Notes: generated by a model not told the origin, from the letters alone. A stretch of DNA of 32,000 nt from Candidatus Midichloria mitochondrii IricVA (GCF_000219355.1 NC_015722.1:870001-902000), one strand, 5' to 3'. Shown: positions 9,069 to 18,752, counted from the stretch's first letter. Program-made: numbers and translations.

Positions 9069-10499
9069 TCAAGAGGTGCACTCGATTATTTTTTTTTCTT
9101 TTTCTCTAATCGCCAAAAAGCTCAATATTTTATAATAACTTACTAATAGCTCATCTACTGCATCAATAATACCTTTTTGCGCCGCTTTTATAGTAATAGT
9201 TTGCTTTTCTCCAGGAGTAGACGGTTTATCATATAAATTGAAGAATATTTCTCCACCTGGAAACTCAACACTAAAATCGTTACTTTTAAAACTCTTTGCA
9301 ACTCCATCAAACTTTATTTTTGCATCCCTTTCTTCAACAATTTTATTCCTATCTCCATTATCTTTCTTAAATAAGTCGCCAAAAATTTGCTCTTCATTTT
9401 TTAGCTTAATATTATTGCCAACTCCCGTTATCGTAGAATGTAACGTCAAACACCCCTCAACAAAAGATGCAATTACTCCATGCTCCTCCTTATAAGCATT
9501 AATATTAGCAGTCACCTCCTCTATGCTCATTCCTTCCTTTAATTTGATTTTGACATATTGTGGTTCAGGAATTAGTTTATCTTTAAAGATACGTGAAGTA
9601 ATTTCTTCAATATTAGCAGAATTCTCTATTCCTAATTTTTTAGAGATTAACGCTAATTTATGTCTGTTATTTACTTCATCCTTCTCAATGCTCGCAACCG
9701 TTATATCTTGAACCGCGTTGATCTTCTCTGCAATTCTGGCTAAGCTGTCTCCCTCTTCAATCTCAATTTTAGCATTATTTAAATAAAAGGTGCCCACTCC
9801 AAATTTGTCTGGAGCATCAGTTAAACTTGTAACATTTTCTTCTTCAGTATCAGCAACGATATTACTAACTAATCTATTATTCCTAACTTCAATTTCCAAT
9901 TCTCCAGCTTGGATGCAGGAACCAGCTGAGGATGAACAATCAACCCTAACTATCGGAGCATGAACTGAGATATTTAAGTTCTTGGTACTCCAAGTTGCGC
10001 CTTCCGAGAGTTCGACTATCTCTACAGAGTGCCTTCCTAAATCTGATCCAAATCTTACTTGAGCCTCAAAATAACCCTTATTATGTGAAGCCGCGGGTAA
10101 AGCTACGTCCCTTTGAAGAAAGACATCACTTTCCCTTCTCTCTTTACTATCTATAGATGACGTACCTCTAAGTTTAGAAGAAGCTTCCTGAAAACTATCT
10201 AGGAGTAATTTTAACTCTTCCCACTGGGGTTCTAAGTTGTTGAGAGTATCTAACTGTATTATATGCCTTGACTGTCTAGTAACCGGCTCAGTTAATTTTG
10301 CTTTCACCTGCTGAATACCCATTCTCTGATCAACACCTGGAGTACTTGCTACATCTTCGGAGATTTCACTAATTTTCTTTTCCACTGTTACGTCTAATAA
10401 CTCCTTTAATGTCTTTGAAGGGTTAGACCAGCTGGCCTGACTTCTATATATTGAAGAATAGATCACAGTGCTAATAATCAATGCATGAAAACAACTCAA
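9069..10499 (-). CDS. fliD: FliD-like flagellar filament cap protein, N-terminal half
   Basis: 476 aa. The start is uncertain: TTG at 10499, first ATG at codon 60. It carries a coil-like segment IIQLDTLNNLEPQWEELKLLLDSFQEASSKLR, then GRHSVEIVELSEGATW and two IN-like motifs (FYLNNAKIEIEEGDSLARIAEKINAVQDITVASI; MSIEEVTANINAYKEEHGVIASFV). ERDAKIKFDGVAKSFKSNDF follows. The ORF ends after IIDAVDELLVSYYKIL, the FV-aYN-like element. Confidence 0.7.
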   Translation of the reverse strand: MSCFHALIISTVIYSSIYRSQASWSNPSKTLKELLDVTVEKKISEISEDVASTPGVDQRMGIQQVKAKLTEPVTRQSRHIIQLDTLNNLEPQWEELKLLLDSFQEASSKLRGTSSIDSKERRESDVFLQRDVALPAASHNKGYFEAQVRFGSDLGRHSVEIVELSEGATWSTKNLNISVHAPIVRVDCSSSAGSCIQAGELEIEVRNNRLVSNIVADTEEENVTSLTDAPDKFGVGTFYLNNAKIEIEEGDSLARIAEKINAVQDITVASIEKDEVNNRHKLALISKKLGIENSANIEEITSRIFKDKLIPEPQYVKIKLKEGMSIEEVTANINAYKEEHGVIASFVEGCLTLHSTITGVGNNIKLKNEEQIFGDLFKKDNGDRNKIVEERDAKIKFDGVAKSFKSNDFSVEFPGGEIFFNLYDKPSTPGEKQTITIKAAQKGIIDAVDELLVSYYKILSFLAIREKEKKIIECTS

Positions 10500-10599
10500 A
10501 GTTTAACAAAATAATTTTATAGTTGTCATCAACTTATTTTTGTATTGTCTACGATATACTTTTCTGCTACGACCTTATTATTCAATTGGAAGAATAGTT

Positions 10600-11796
10600 A
10601 TGTTTATTGTAGTTCAAAAATTTGGCGGCACTTCTGTTGCAAATATTGATAGGATTAAAAAAGTTGCTGAAATAATAGCTAGAGAAAGAAACAAAGGCTC
10701 TTCAGTGATTGCTGTTGTTTCTGCAATGTCTGGCGTTACTGATCAGCTGGCTAATTATGCAAAGTCTTCCTCTTCTCTCTCGTCGCAAAATGAATTGGCA
10801 GAATATGACGTGGTACTTTCATCTGGCGAGCAGATCACCGCCGGTTTACTTGCCTTAACCCTACAATCGATTGGGATAAAATCGCGCTCTTTTCTTAGCT
10901 GGCAGCTACCAATCGTAACGGACAATGCATACTCCAATGGTAGGATAGTCTCGGTTGGAACGACTCAATTGATTGAAGCAATTAAAAAAGAAGAAGTTCC
11001 GGTGATTTCAGGCTTTCAAGGGGTATGCAATGAACGTATTATAACTCTGGGTAGGGGTGGGTCTGATACCACTGCAACTGCTGTTGCTGCTGCAGTTTGT
11101 GCAGCTAGATGTGATATATTTACTGATGTTGATGGAGTTTTTAGTGCAGATCCCAGAATAGTTACCAAAGCTAAAAAAATTGAAACAATATCATACAATC
11201 AGATGCTTATAATGGCTACAGCCGGCGCTAAAGTTATACACCCAAGAGCGGTTGATATCTCTTTAAGTCATCACTTAGAAACTCACATTCTCTCAAGTTT
11301 TTCTGATACACCTGGAACTGTATTAGTAAAGGACAGGATAGAGCGAGGCTCAATTCTGGCTGTTGTAAGCGATAGTAATATTGTCGTTATTACAATTTTC
11401 CACATCCACACCGATAATATTTTTATAAATAAGGTATTGGACATATTAAGCGATTTAGCAATACCGTTAGAACTTCTCTTTGATGCTCACCAATCAGATC
11501 CTAGCTTTAAATTTACAGTTCCCAAAAATAGCTTATCAATAGTTTGGGGTCTGCTCAAAGATCTTGGTTTGAATTTTATTACTAAAGATGAAGTAGCCAA
11601 AATTACTATAGTTGGTAATGGATTAGCGGAAAATTCAATAATTTTGCAAAAAATGTTTCAAATTCTAGCTGATGAGGATATAAATATAATTAGTGCTAAC
11701 GCAATCGGTACTGGTGTGTCTGTTGTGTTGGAAGCTAAATATAAGGACGTCGCAACCGTTAAATTACATAGTGGCTTTGGTCTTGATGCTATTTAA
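10600..11796 (+). CDS. lysC: Aspartate kinase
   Basis: MFIVVQKFGGTSVANIDRIKKVA, GRGGSDTTA and C-terminal ACT-like repeats. ATG at 10600 follows GGAAGA. The 20-codon TTG extension from 10540 has no homology-like content. Confidence 0.93.
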   Translation: MFIVVQKFGGTSVANIDRIKKVAEIIARERNKGSSVIAVVSAMSGVTDQLANYAKSSSSLSSQNELAEYDVVLSSGEQITAGLLALTLQSIGIKSRSFLSWQLPIVTDNAYSNGRIVSVGTTQLIEAIKKEEVPVISGFQGVCNERIITLGRGGSDTTATAVAAAVCAARCDIFTDVDGVFSADPRIVTKAKKIETISYNQMLIMATAGAKVIHPRAVDISLSHHLETHILSSFSDTPGTVLVKDRIERGSILAVVSDSNIVVITIFHIHTDNIFINKVLDILSDLAIPLELLFDAHQSDPSFKFTVPKNSLSIVWGLLKDLGLNFITKDEVAKITIVGNGLAENSIILQKMFQILADEDINIISANAIGTGVSVVLEAKYKDVATVKLHSGFGLDAI

Positions 11797-11809
11797 AATA
11801 GGGGGAATA

Positions 11810-11995
11810 ATGAACTGTATAAAACTTTTTATTCTTTTAGGAACAGTTTTTTTAATGACTGCGTGCGCGCCTGGGGACCCATCAGTCAATGATTTAAGAA
11901 GCCCTTGTGTAAGTATTGAATTTGGAGAAAGCAGCAGTTATCCAGGACCTATTCCTTGCGTAAGACGCAGCCCAATTGGTAATCAATTTGTGTAG
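11810..11995 (+). CDS. Small putative lipoprotein (61 aa)
   Basis: ATG at 11810 is preceded by AGGGGGA. The signal peptide MNCIKLFILLGTVFLMTAC has a lipobox-like LMTAC. The mature part is Pro/Cys-containing (PCVSIEF...PIPCVRRSPIGN). Confidence 0.6.
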   Translation: MNCIKLFILLGTVFLMTACAPGDPSVNDLRSPCVSIEFGESSSYPGPIPCVRRSPIGNQFV

Positions 11996-12101
11996 CTCTC
12001 TTGGCAAAAACACCACTACCTACTATTCCAACTACCCACTCGCTCTTATAATCAATTCCGGCGTGCGCCTAATAAATTACTTTAAAGTCACTCTCTAAAT
12101 A

Positions 12102-13250
12102 CTAACAACTCAGATAATCAAACACATTCGCAACGTTTGCCATAATCCCAAGATTATCATAGATACAAAACTCAGAATTTGGAGCATTAATTGTTTCTCC
12201 ACTACAAGTTTCGTCAGCGCAACCAATCTTCCCTTCCCCAAAATAAATGTAGTGAGATTTCACTGTTAGGCAACTTGCTTTCAATTGCAGTTTTCAATTC
12301 TCCATTTTTATATTCAAACCCATATTTACCATCAATAATAACTTTAATAGTTCCAATAAGCGCTAGGGCGCCAAAAATATGGGATCGCACTTCTGATAAT
12401 GGAAGTGCATAGAGAAGATGTAGTGGTTATGGTAGGAATAGTTGCAGTAGCCCGTTCAGTAGTAGTGGTAACCGGCGCCAAAGTATTAAGCAATACAGAA
12501 ACTGTGTTGGAATCAACATTAACCACAACTAATATCCTGATTACCATCACCATTTACGTTACCTACTGCCACACTCCCTATCCCCCCCCCGAACCAAAAT
12601 CTGCTCTATTACTAAACTTCCCAAGAACCACTACCTAATAGTACTGAAACTGCATGTGTATCACCGTTAGCCACGATGAGATCCTGATTATTTCTCTATC
12701 CCCACATCTCCCACTGTAATCCCATGAGTAAAAGGACTAACAGCAAAATCTGTTTTACTGTAAAAACTTACCAAGACCGCTCCCTAAGAATATGGAAATT
12801 GTATTTGAGCCTTGGTTAGCGGTAATTACGTCTTAATTGCCATCTTTATTTAAATCTGCTACTGTAACACCACGAGCACAGGAACCAACAGTAAAGTCTG
12901 TCTGCACACCAAAACCCACTAAGGCCATTTCCTAATAGTACTGAAATTGTTTGTGAACCGCAGTTAGTAATAACTATATCCTGATTTGTCATCTTTATCT
13001 AAATCTGCTATTGCAATACCTCCGGAGTCAGCACCAATACCGAGTCTACCTTGCTATCAAAACTACCCCAAATCCATCTCCCAAGAACACTGACACTGTA
13101 TTCTCCACCAGAATCAGTAACAACTATATCCTTGATTATCATCATTATCAAAATCGGCTACACCAACTCCACCAGGCCGCCCTCCCGCCCTATATACTAC
13201 TGCATTTGCAAACGCTTTTTCCTAACCCTAGTAATAAATAATCATAAAGA
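12102..13250 (-). pseudogene. FG-GAP/VCBS-type repeat protein, heavily frameshifted
   Basis: Minus-strand translation repeatedly gives FG-GAP-like units: GVADFDNDDNQ/DIVVTDSGGEYSVSVL, AIADLDKDDK/DIVITNCGSQTISVLLGNG, VTVADLNKDGN*DVITANQGSNTISILLGSG, NQDLIVANGDTHAVSVLLGSG and VAVGNVNGDGNQDI..VNVDSNTVSVLLN. Each is broken by stops or frame changes. Only short ORFs remain in several frames. Confidence 0.7.
12534..13158 (-). repeat. Five Dx(D/N)xDGxxD-type coding repeat cores spaced ~149 bp apart, inside the FG-GAP pseudogene
   Basis: The motif-bearing segments end at 12563, 12710, 12859, 13008 and 13158, with spacings of 147, 149, 149 and 150 bp. The repeats are divergent at the nucleotide level. 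Confidence 0.6.
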
Positions 13251-13462
13251 GGTTAACTCATTCAAGTAAGCAACAGCACCCAATTAGCCAAGTCACCTCA
13301 CCTTTAAATATTTTGGGCTATTTTTTTGATCACACACCACAGGTAGCGCCTCTAAGTTGATTAGCACTATGCTTATTAATTCGCGTCAACAACTATTTAA
13401 AGTATTTTTTTTGTTGATTTGCAATACTAATAGTAAGACACTGAAATTTAACTTGATAATGC

Positions 13463-14554
13463 CTAGCTAAACTCAAAATGCAATATGCTATATAGCCCTA
13501 TAATAGTGGTGACCACAAACGGAAACAAGGCTGCAATAATAACTGGAATAGTACCTACTATTGCTAAGGCGGAGACAAAGTCAGAAGCGAAGTAGATGAA
13601 AAATTGAATTAGGACGGCGATAATAGTCATGTTATTGGATTTCGGGGCTCTTGGATTTTTAGTGCAGAATACATAACCTACTGCCGCAACGGCCGAGAAG
13701 AATAACGGCATAAAAAGCAGCTGCCAGAAGTATAGTTGATGTTTTACAGCAGGTAACCCTGTATTTTTACTAATCCTAATAAAGTTATAAAGCTGCCAGA
13801 AAGAAAGTACTTCAGGGGATACTACACTTTCAATTATACTATCAAAAGTCAAATCCGTCTTAATTCGTACTTCTTTTTCTTGGTGCGCAACATATTTAGA
13901 ATTGATAGTCTTAGCTTGGCTTATATGCCAATAATTATTAATTATTGTAGCTTTTTTAGCATCAATCCTTTTAACAAAGGTATTATTATAGTCATAATAA
14001 AAGAAAGTTACATCATAAAAAGCTTGTTCTTGCTGAGAGAGGCGTAAGGCATGAAAAATTATTTCTTTGCCATTTCCTCCATTTTGCTTAAGCCATAGAC
14101 CTGATTCCGAAAAGCCAATTAAGCTTTTTCTTCCCTGTAGATTGATCGCCTCCATGTGTTGATACTTTTCTATACCATATGATCCTATTGGATTTAAAAG
14201 AGTTATATGAATTATACCAATACCAAAAGATAGTAAGGTAATAGGAAATATAATTTGAAATGTTGAAAAGCCTGCGGACCTTAGTATATAGAGCTCAAAA
14301 TTTTCCGACAATTTTTTATGAGTAAATGCACCAGCAAGCACTATAACGAAAGGCCATATTTTATTAGCATGATAATAATTCTTCATAATTGCCATTAAAA
14401 TAACTTTCTGGAAATTAAGTTCGGCAACTTTTAATGATAATCTAATTAATTCCAGAGTATCAAAAAACATAACTATTCCTGAAATAGCAAAAAAAACAGT
14501 TATAGTATAACCTATAAAGTGTGTTGCTATATAATGATGAATTATGAAATTCAT
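13463..14554 (-). CDS. LptF/LptG-family (YjgP/YjgQ) LPS export permease
   Basis: ~363 aa from ATG 14554. It has three N-terminal TM segments, a central soluble region (LWLKQNGG...) and C-terminal TM segments, the typical YjgP/YjgQ layout. This start avoids overlap with the ccmF stop at 14556-14558. Confidence 0.85.
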   Translation of the reverse strand: MNFIIHHYIATHFIGYTITVFFAISGIVMFFDTLELIRLSLKVAELNFQKVILMAIMKNYYHANKIWPFVIVLAGAFTHKKLSENFELYILRSAGFSTFQIIFPITLLSFGIGIIHITLLNPIGSYGIEKYQHMEAINLQGRKSLIGFSESGLWLKQNGGNGKEIIFHALRLSQQEQAFYDVTFFYYDYNNTFVKRIDAKKATIINNYWHISQAKTINSKYVAHQEKEVRIKTDLTFDSIIESVVSPEVLSFWQLYNFIRISKNTGLPAVKHQLYFWQLLFMPLFFSAVAAVGYVFCTKNPRAPKSNNMTIIAVLIQFFIYFASDFVSALAIVGTIPVIIAALFPFVVTTIIGLYSILHFEFS

Positions 14555-14555
14555 A

Positions 14556-16433
14556 TCATTTATTGAAATAATTAGCAACAGAGATTATGGCAGAACGCAA
14601 AATAGCGATGACCACCGATAACGCCCCAAACCAAAGCCATGCTATCATTGGCCTATAATATATTAAAACTGGCACGCCCTGGTCTGAGTATATTCTATCT
14701 ATTGTTATATATAAATCAGAAAAAACAGTTTTGTACATAGCTGGCTCAACAACCTGTTGTTGCTCCACCTCAAAAAATCGCACTTCAGGCTTCACACTGG
14801 TCTTTAAGTTACCGCTCTTAATACCAATAATAGCTATTTGTGTTAAGTAATTGGCCTTTTTTTCATAGTATATATTACTTAAGCTGATGCCGTAATCTAA
14901 AAAATTCACCGTTTCACCAATCTTTAATTGCGTTCGGGTTTCCCTATTTAATGCTGCATTCATTGAAATAGAGACTACTATAATACTAAATCCTAAATGG
15001 CCTATGACCATGTTATAAAAGTTAGAGCCCTTTTTATCCCTGGTAAATAATAGGGAAATACTAGCAAATAAAAGCCATAGTCCAAATAAAAGTCCTAAAG
15101 TTGCTAAGGCCTCTTCAGCCAAATTAATTTTTATACTAAATAAAGAGGTGCTTATGAGAGCCAGGCCAAAAATCAAAATATGCTTTTTGAAATTTTTACT
15201 TTTTACCCAGGACAAGTTAGATCCAATAGCGCAAGAACCTGTAAGCATTATAACCATAGGATTAAAAACTGTATTAAAATAAGGAGCTCCAACCGAAATT
15301 TTAGTTCCAGTTAGAATTTCTAGAATCATAGGATAAATTGTACCAATTATAATAGTACTAATTGCAACCACTAAAATTAAACTACTTATACTTATAAAGA
15401 ACGGCTTCGAAAGGATTGGAAAAGTAACCTCTCTTGTAATATTTAACTTCAGCATATATATAATAGTTGAAGCAAGCAAAAGCAGAGCCAAAAAAGAAAG
15501 GATATAAATTCCTCTGGAAGAATCAGCTGCAAATGCATGAACAGAAGTTACTATTCCAGATCGCACTAAAAACATGCCAAGAGTACTTAAAATAAAGGTT
15601 GCAATAGATAAAATTATTGACCACTGCTTTAAATTACCTGTTTTACTGTAAACATTTATAGTGTGAATTAAGGCAGTTGCACTTAACCAAGGCATGAGAG
15701 AAGCATTCTCAACTGGGTCCCAAAACCAAAATCCGCCCCAGCCTAATTCTCTATATGCCCACCAACTGCCAAGCGCTATACCTGCGGTCAAAAAACACCA
15801 AGATATTAGAGAACAAATCCGCACTATTTCGGCCCAAAATTTATCAATTTTGTTTAATATAAGAGCCGATATCGTAATTGAATAGCTTATGGAAAATCCA
15901 ACATATCCTAAGTATAAAACAGGAGGGTGCATTGCAAGACCAATATCTTGCAATATTGGATTTAATCCGAATCCATTTTTGGGAGCTGGAAATATCCTTG
16001 TAAACGGAGAGGAAATGAAAAGGGTAAATGCAATAAAAAATGTATTACATATTGCCTGTACACTTAGCGTGAGTTTGCCAAGACTTGCATCTCTATTCAT
16101 TATGCAAAAAATGATTGTAAACACATTAATTGCTGTAATCCAAAGTAGCATCGATCCCTCATGATTTCCCCAGGCACCTGATATTTTATATATTAGTGGC
16201 TTACTGGTATGAGAATTATTAACTACATTTAATATTGAAAAATCAGATATAACATAGGAATAGATCAGAATAAAAAAAGAGATCAAAATCACTATAAACA
16301 CCGCAAGCCAAGCAACTGTATAGTATTTATATTGCAAAGAAAAACCTAGCTTTTCTAGAATTGGAGCGATAGAAACAAATAAGCAAATAGAAAGCGCAAT
16401 ATACAAACACAAATTTCCTATATCGGGCAGCAT
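14556..16433 (-). CDS. ccmF: Cytochrome c-type biogenesis protein CcmF (heme lyase subunit)
   Basis: 625 aa polytopic membrane protein with the Trp-rich signature WGGFWFWDPVENASLMPWL. Confidence 0.93.
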   Translation of the reverse strand: MLPDIGNLCLYIALSICLFVSIAPILEKLGFSLQYKYYTVAWLAVFIVILISFFILIYSYVISDFSILNVVNNSHTSKPLIYKISGAWGNHEGSMLLWITAINVFTIIFCIMNRDASLGKLTLSVQAICNTFFIAFTLFISSPFTRIFPAPKNGFGLNPILQDIGLAMHPPVLYLGYVGFSISYSITISALILNKIDKFWAEIVRICSLISWCFLTAGIALGSWWAYRELGWGGFWFWDPVENASLMPWLSATALIHTINVYSKTGNLKQWSIILSIATFILSTLGMFLVRSGIVTSVHAFAADSSRGIYILSFLALLLLASTIIYMLKLNITREVTFPILSKPFFISISSLILVVAISTIIIGTIYPMILEILTGTKISVGAPYFNTVFNPMVIMLTGSCAIGSNLSWVKSKNFKKHILIFGLALISTSLFSIKINLAEEALATLGLLFGLWLLFASISLLFTRDKKGSNFYNMVIGHLGFSIIVVSISMNAALNRETRTQLKIGETVNFLDYGISLSNIYYEKKANYLTQIAIIGIKSGNLKTSVKPEVRFFEVEQQQVVEPAMYKTVFSDLYITIDRIYSDQGVPVLIYYRPMIAWLWFGALSVVIAILRSAIISVANYFNK

Positions 16434-16435
16434 AA

Positions 16436-17647
16436 CTATTTTTTGATTATTGCCTTTTTGTAACCATCATGCATTTCTACTAGCACTTCAATATCAGGCA
16501 GCAGTTGAACAGATGATGTGATGCAACCTTTAGAACTGTCATATATAATAGCAAACCCCCTCTCTAGGATCTTTTTTTGATCATATTTTTCTAGTAATTG
16601 CGATAATACTGATAATAAGGTTTGCTTCCTGTCAAAATACTTCTGTGCGAAAAAGTTAAGTTTATAACTGTACTCTATTAACTTGCGCTTTTTAAGTTCT
16701 AAAATATTTTCTAGTTCAAGTAATATATAGGAAAACCTAGCAAGCTTCAGCGCCTTCTCCTCTAAAAATGATTTAGAAATTTGATATATTTTATTAAAAG
16801 AAAAATTAATATAATCCTGCAAATTTTTCAAAACCGGGACCGCAAATTCCGCAGCAGCAGTTGGAGTTGGAGCCCTTAAATCAGCTGCCAAATCCGATAA
16901 TGTAAAATCCGTCTCATGCCCTATTGCTGAAATAATAGGGATTTCAGACGCAACTATAGCTCTTACAACCTCTTCCTCATTAAAACACCATAAGTCTTCA
17001 ATGGATCCCCCACCTCTTGCTAGGATTATTATATCAGGCCCATTAATATGTGGCGGTAACTCATTAAAACCATTAATTGCATTTTGAATATGGTAAGAGG
17101 CGTCGTTTCCTTGGACCGGCACATCCCAAACTAATACTTCAACCGGGAATCTATCACTAATTCTATGTAAAATGTCTCTAATTACAGCACCATTCACTGA
17201 AGTAATTAAAGCAATAGTTTTTGGCAGAAACGGTAGCTGCTTTTTCCGTTCGTTATCGAATAGGCCTTCTGCAGCCATTGCTTGCTTCCTTTTTTCCAAA
17301 GCCGCAAGTAAGGTGCCTTGTCCGGCCACTTCTATTTTTTCTACGATAAGCTGATAACTCGACCGGCAGGGATAAATAGAAATTCTTCCAGAACATATTA
17401 CTTCCATGCCATCTTCAATTTTTATTGAGGTATTTTGTATAGTATTGCGCCAGCATACAGAGTTTAAAAGAGAGTCCTCATCTTTTAAGTTAAAATAGCT
17501 GTGTCCTGCAGAGCTAACTTTAAGGCCTGAGATTTCTCCTTGAATTCTTACATCAAAAAAGTTTTCCTCAATAAGTTGCTTTAAGATTACTGATATTTCT
17601 GATACTTTGAAACAACTTTTAATAGAAGCAGTTTGGATGTAAAACAT
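16436..17647 (-). CDS. xseA: Exodeoxyribonuclease VII large subunit
   Basis: 403 aa. N-terminal OB-fold pattern (VRIQGEISGLKVSSAGHSYFNLKDE), a central GRGGGSIEDLW.FNEE motif and a long C-terminal helical region. Confidence 0.92.
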   Translation of the reverse strand: MFYIQTASIKSCFKVSEISVILKQLIEENFFDVRIQGEISGLKVSSAGHSYFNLKDEDSLLNSVCWRNTIQNTSIKIEDGMEVICSGRISIYPCRSSYQLIVEKIEVAGQGTLLAALEKRKQAMAAEGLFDNERKKQLPFLPKTIALITSVNGAVIRDILHRISDRFPVEVLVWDVPVQGNDASYHIQNAINGFNELPPHINGPDIIILARGGGSIEDLWCFNEEEVVRAIVASEIPIISAIGHETDFTLSDLAADLRAPTPTAAAEFAVPVLKNLQDYINFSFNKIYQISKSFLEEKALKLARFSYILLELENILELKKRKLIEYSYKLNFFAQKYFDRKQTLLSVLSQLLEKYDQKKILERGFAIIYDSSKGCITSSVQLLPDIEVLVEMHDGYKKAIIKK

Positions 17648-17726
17648 TTAATTATAAAATTGTTTATGAAATTGGAACTGCTGCTAGATTAGCATAAAAA
17701 ATGAAAATTATCTCTTAATTATATTT

Positions 17727-18752
17727 ATGATAGGTATAATACTTGAAAAATTTATTCGGATCTTAATAATATTATCGGTAATCACTTTAAGCGGTTATTT
17801 AATAAAGCAGCATTTTAATTATAGCCTGTATGAATACCGCGTGGCTAAGGACGAAGTAGTGGTTATTCCCAAAGGATATAGCGGCAAAAAAATAGCAGCA
17901 CTCTTATTGGAAAGAGAGATTATTAATGATGCAAGAGTCTTCGTACTTTGGACTAAAATCAAAAAATATACTGATTCTGAATATCTAATTGCTGGCGAAT
18001 ATAAAATAAACAAGGGAATGAATATGCTACAAATAGTAGACAAAATGTTAGCCGGCGATATCATAGTTTATAAGCTCACTATTCCTGAAGGGTCCCTTAC
18101 TATAGAAGCAGTTAATATAATTGTTAACTCTCCAGGAGTTACAAATGACCTTGGCGGAAAAAGCGAGTTTAGAGCTCAAGGTGTAATCTTGCCAGAAACT
18201 TATTTTTATACTTATGGCGCAAAAGCAAGTGAGTTACTTGAAAAGTGTGCTAAAAATTTAAACAAGTTTATTGACTATGCTTGGAATCAAAGAGATCCTC
18301 TAATTAATAATATAATAAATAACAAGCAAGAAGCTATGATTTTGGCCTCTATAGTAGAAAGAGAAGCAAAACTTGATACAGAAAAACAAAGAATAGCTGC
18401 GGTCTACTTTAATAGATTAAAAATAAAAATGCCTCTGCAGGCTGATCCTACCGTGATTTTTGCGCTTACTGAAGGCAAAACTTTTGATTTGAAATTATCT
18501 TATGATAATCTTCGTTTTGTCTCTCCTTATAACACATATATGGTAAATGGCTTACCTCCGTCTCCAATATGCAATCCAGGTAAGGCTGCAATAGAAGCGG
18601 TTATGCATCCTCATTATACCAACGAAATTTATTTTGTTGCAGACGGCAAAGGTGGACATTTGTTCTCAAGTAGTTTTAAAGATCATGGCGAGAACATTAA
18701 AAAATATAGAAAAGCTTTATTGAAAAACAATCCTATTTTGAGTCAGGAGTAA
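17727..18752 (+). CDS. mltG: Endolytic murein transglycosylase MltG (YceG-like)
   Basis: 341 aa with an N-terminal TM segment. Motifs LASIVEREA, LQADPTVIF and SPYNTYMVNGLPPSPICNPG. Confidence 0.9.
   Translation: MIGIILEKFIRILIILSVITLSGYLIKQHFNYSLYEYRVAKDEVVVIPKGYSGKKIAALLLEREIINDARVFVLWTKIKKYTDSEYLIAGEYKINKGMNMLQIVDKMLAGDIIVYKLTIPEGSLTIEAVNIIVNSPGVTNDLGGKSEFRAQGVILPETYFYTYGAKASELLEKCAKNLNKFIDYAWNQRDPLINNIINNKQEAMILASIVEREAKLDTEKQRIAAVYFNRLKIKMPLQADPTVIFALTEGKTFDLKLSYDNLRFVSPYNTYMVNGLPPSPICNPGKAAIEAVMHPHYTNEIYFVADGKGGHLFSSSFKDHGENIKKYRKALLKNNPILSQE

Noticed and set aside
9066-9074. Programmed +1 frameshift at UCU UGA U, by analogy with prfB CUU UGA C
   Set aside because: A P-site Ser codon UCU cannot re-pair well on CUU, and there is no upstream internal Shine-Dalgarno like the one in prfB. 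A plain mutation is the simpler explanation.
9089-9097. A9 homopolymer just upstream of the FliD-half junction, as a possible slippage site that would fuse the two ORFs
   Set aside because: Losing one A puts the ribosome in the downstream ORF's frame, but that frame has a TAA at 9088-9086 right after the run. Gaining one A leads to a TGA overlapping the downstream GTG. Only an indel in 9072-9085 would fuse the ORFs.
10540-10599. 20-codon N-terminal extension of lysC from a TTG start
   Set aside because: The extension (MYCLRYTFLLRPYYSIGRIV) has no aspartokinase counterpart. ATG 10600 is preceded by GGAAGA and gives the canonical MFIVVQKFGGTSV start.
12344-12638. T-rich and V-rich ORFs (TTTTERATATIPTITTTSS; VVVMVGIVAVARSVVVV)
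   Set aside because: They are wrong-frame or wrong-strand readings of the FG-GAP repeat pseudogene. The low complexity comes from the repeat periodicity.
12534-13158. Regularly spaced ~149-bp repeats as a possible CRISPR-like or satellite array
   Set aside because: The units are divergent at the DNA level and translate into FG-GAP protein repeats. There are no short identical direct repeats separated by unique spacers.
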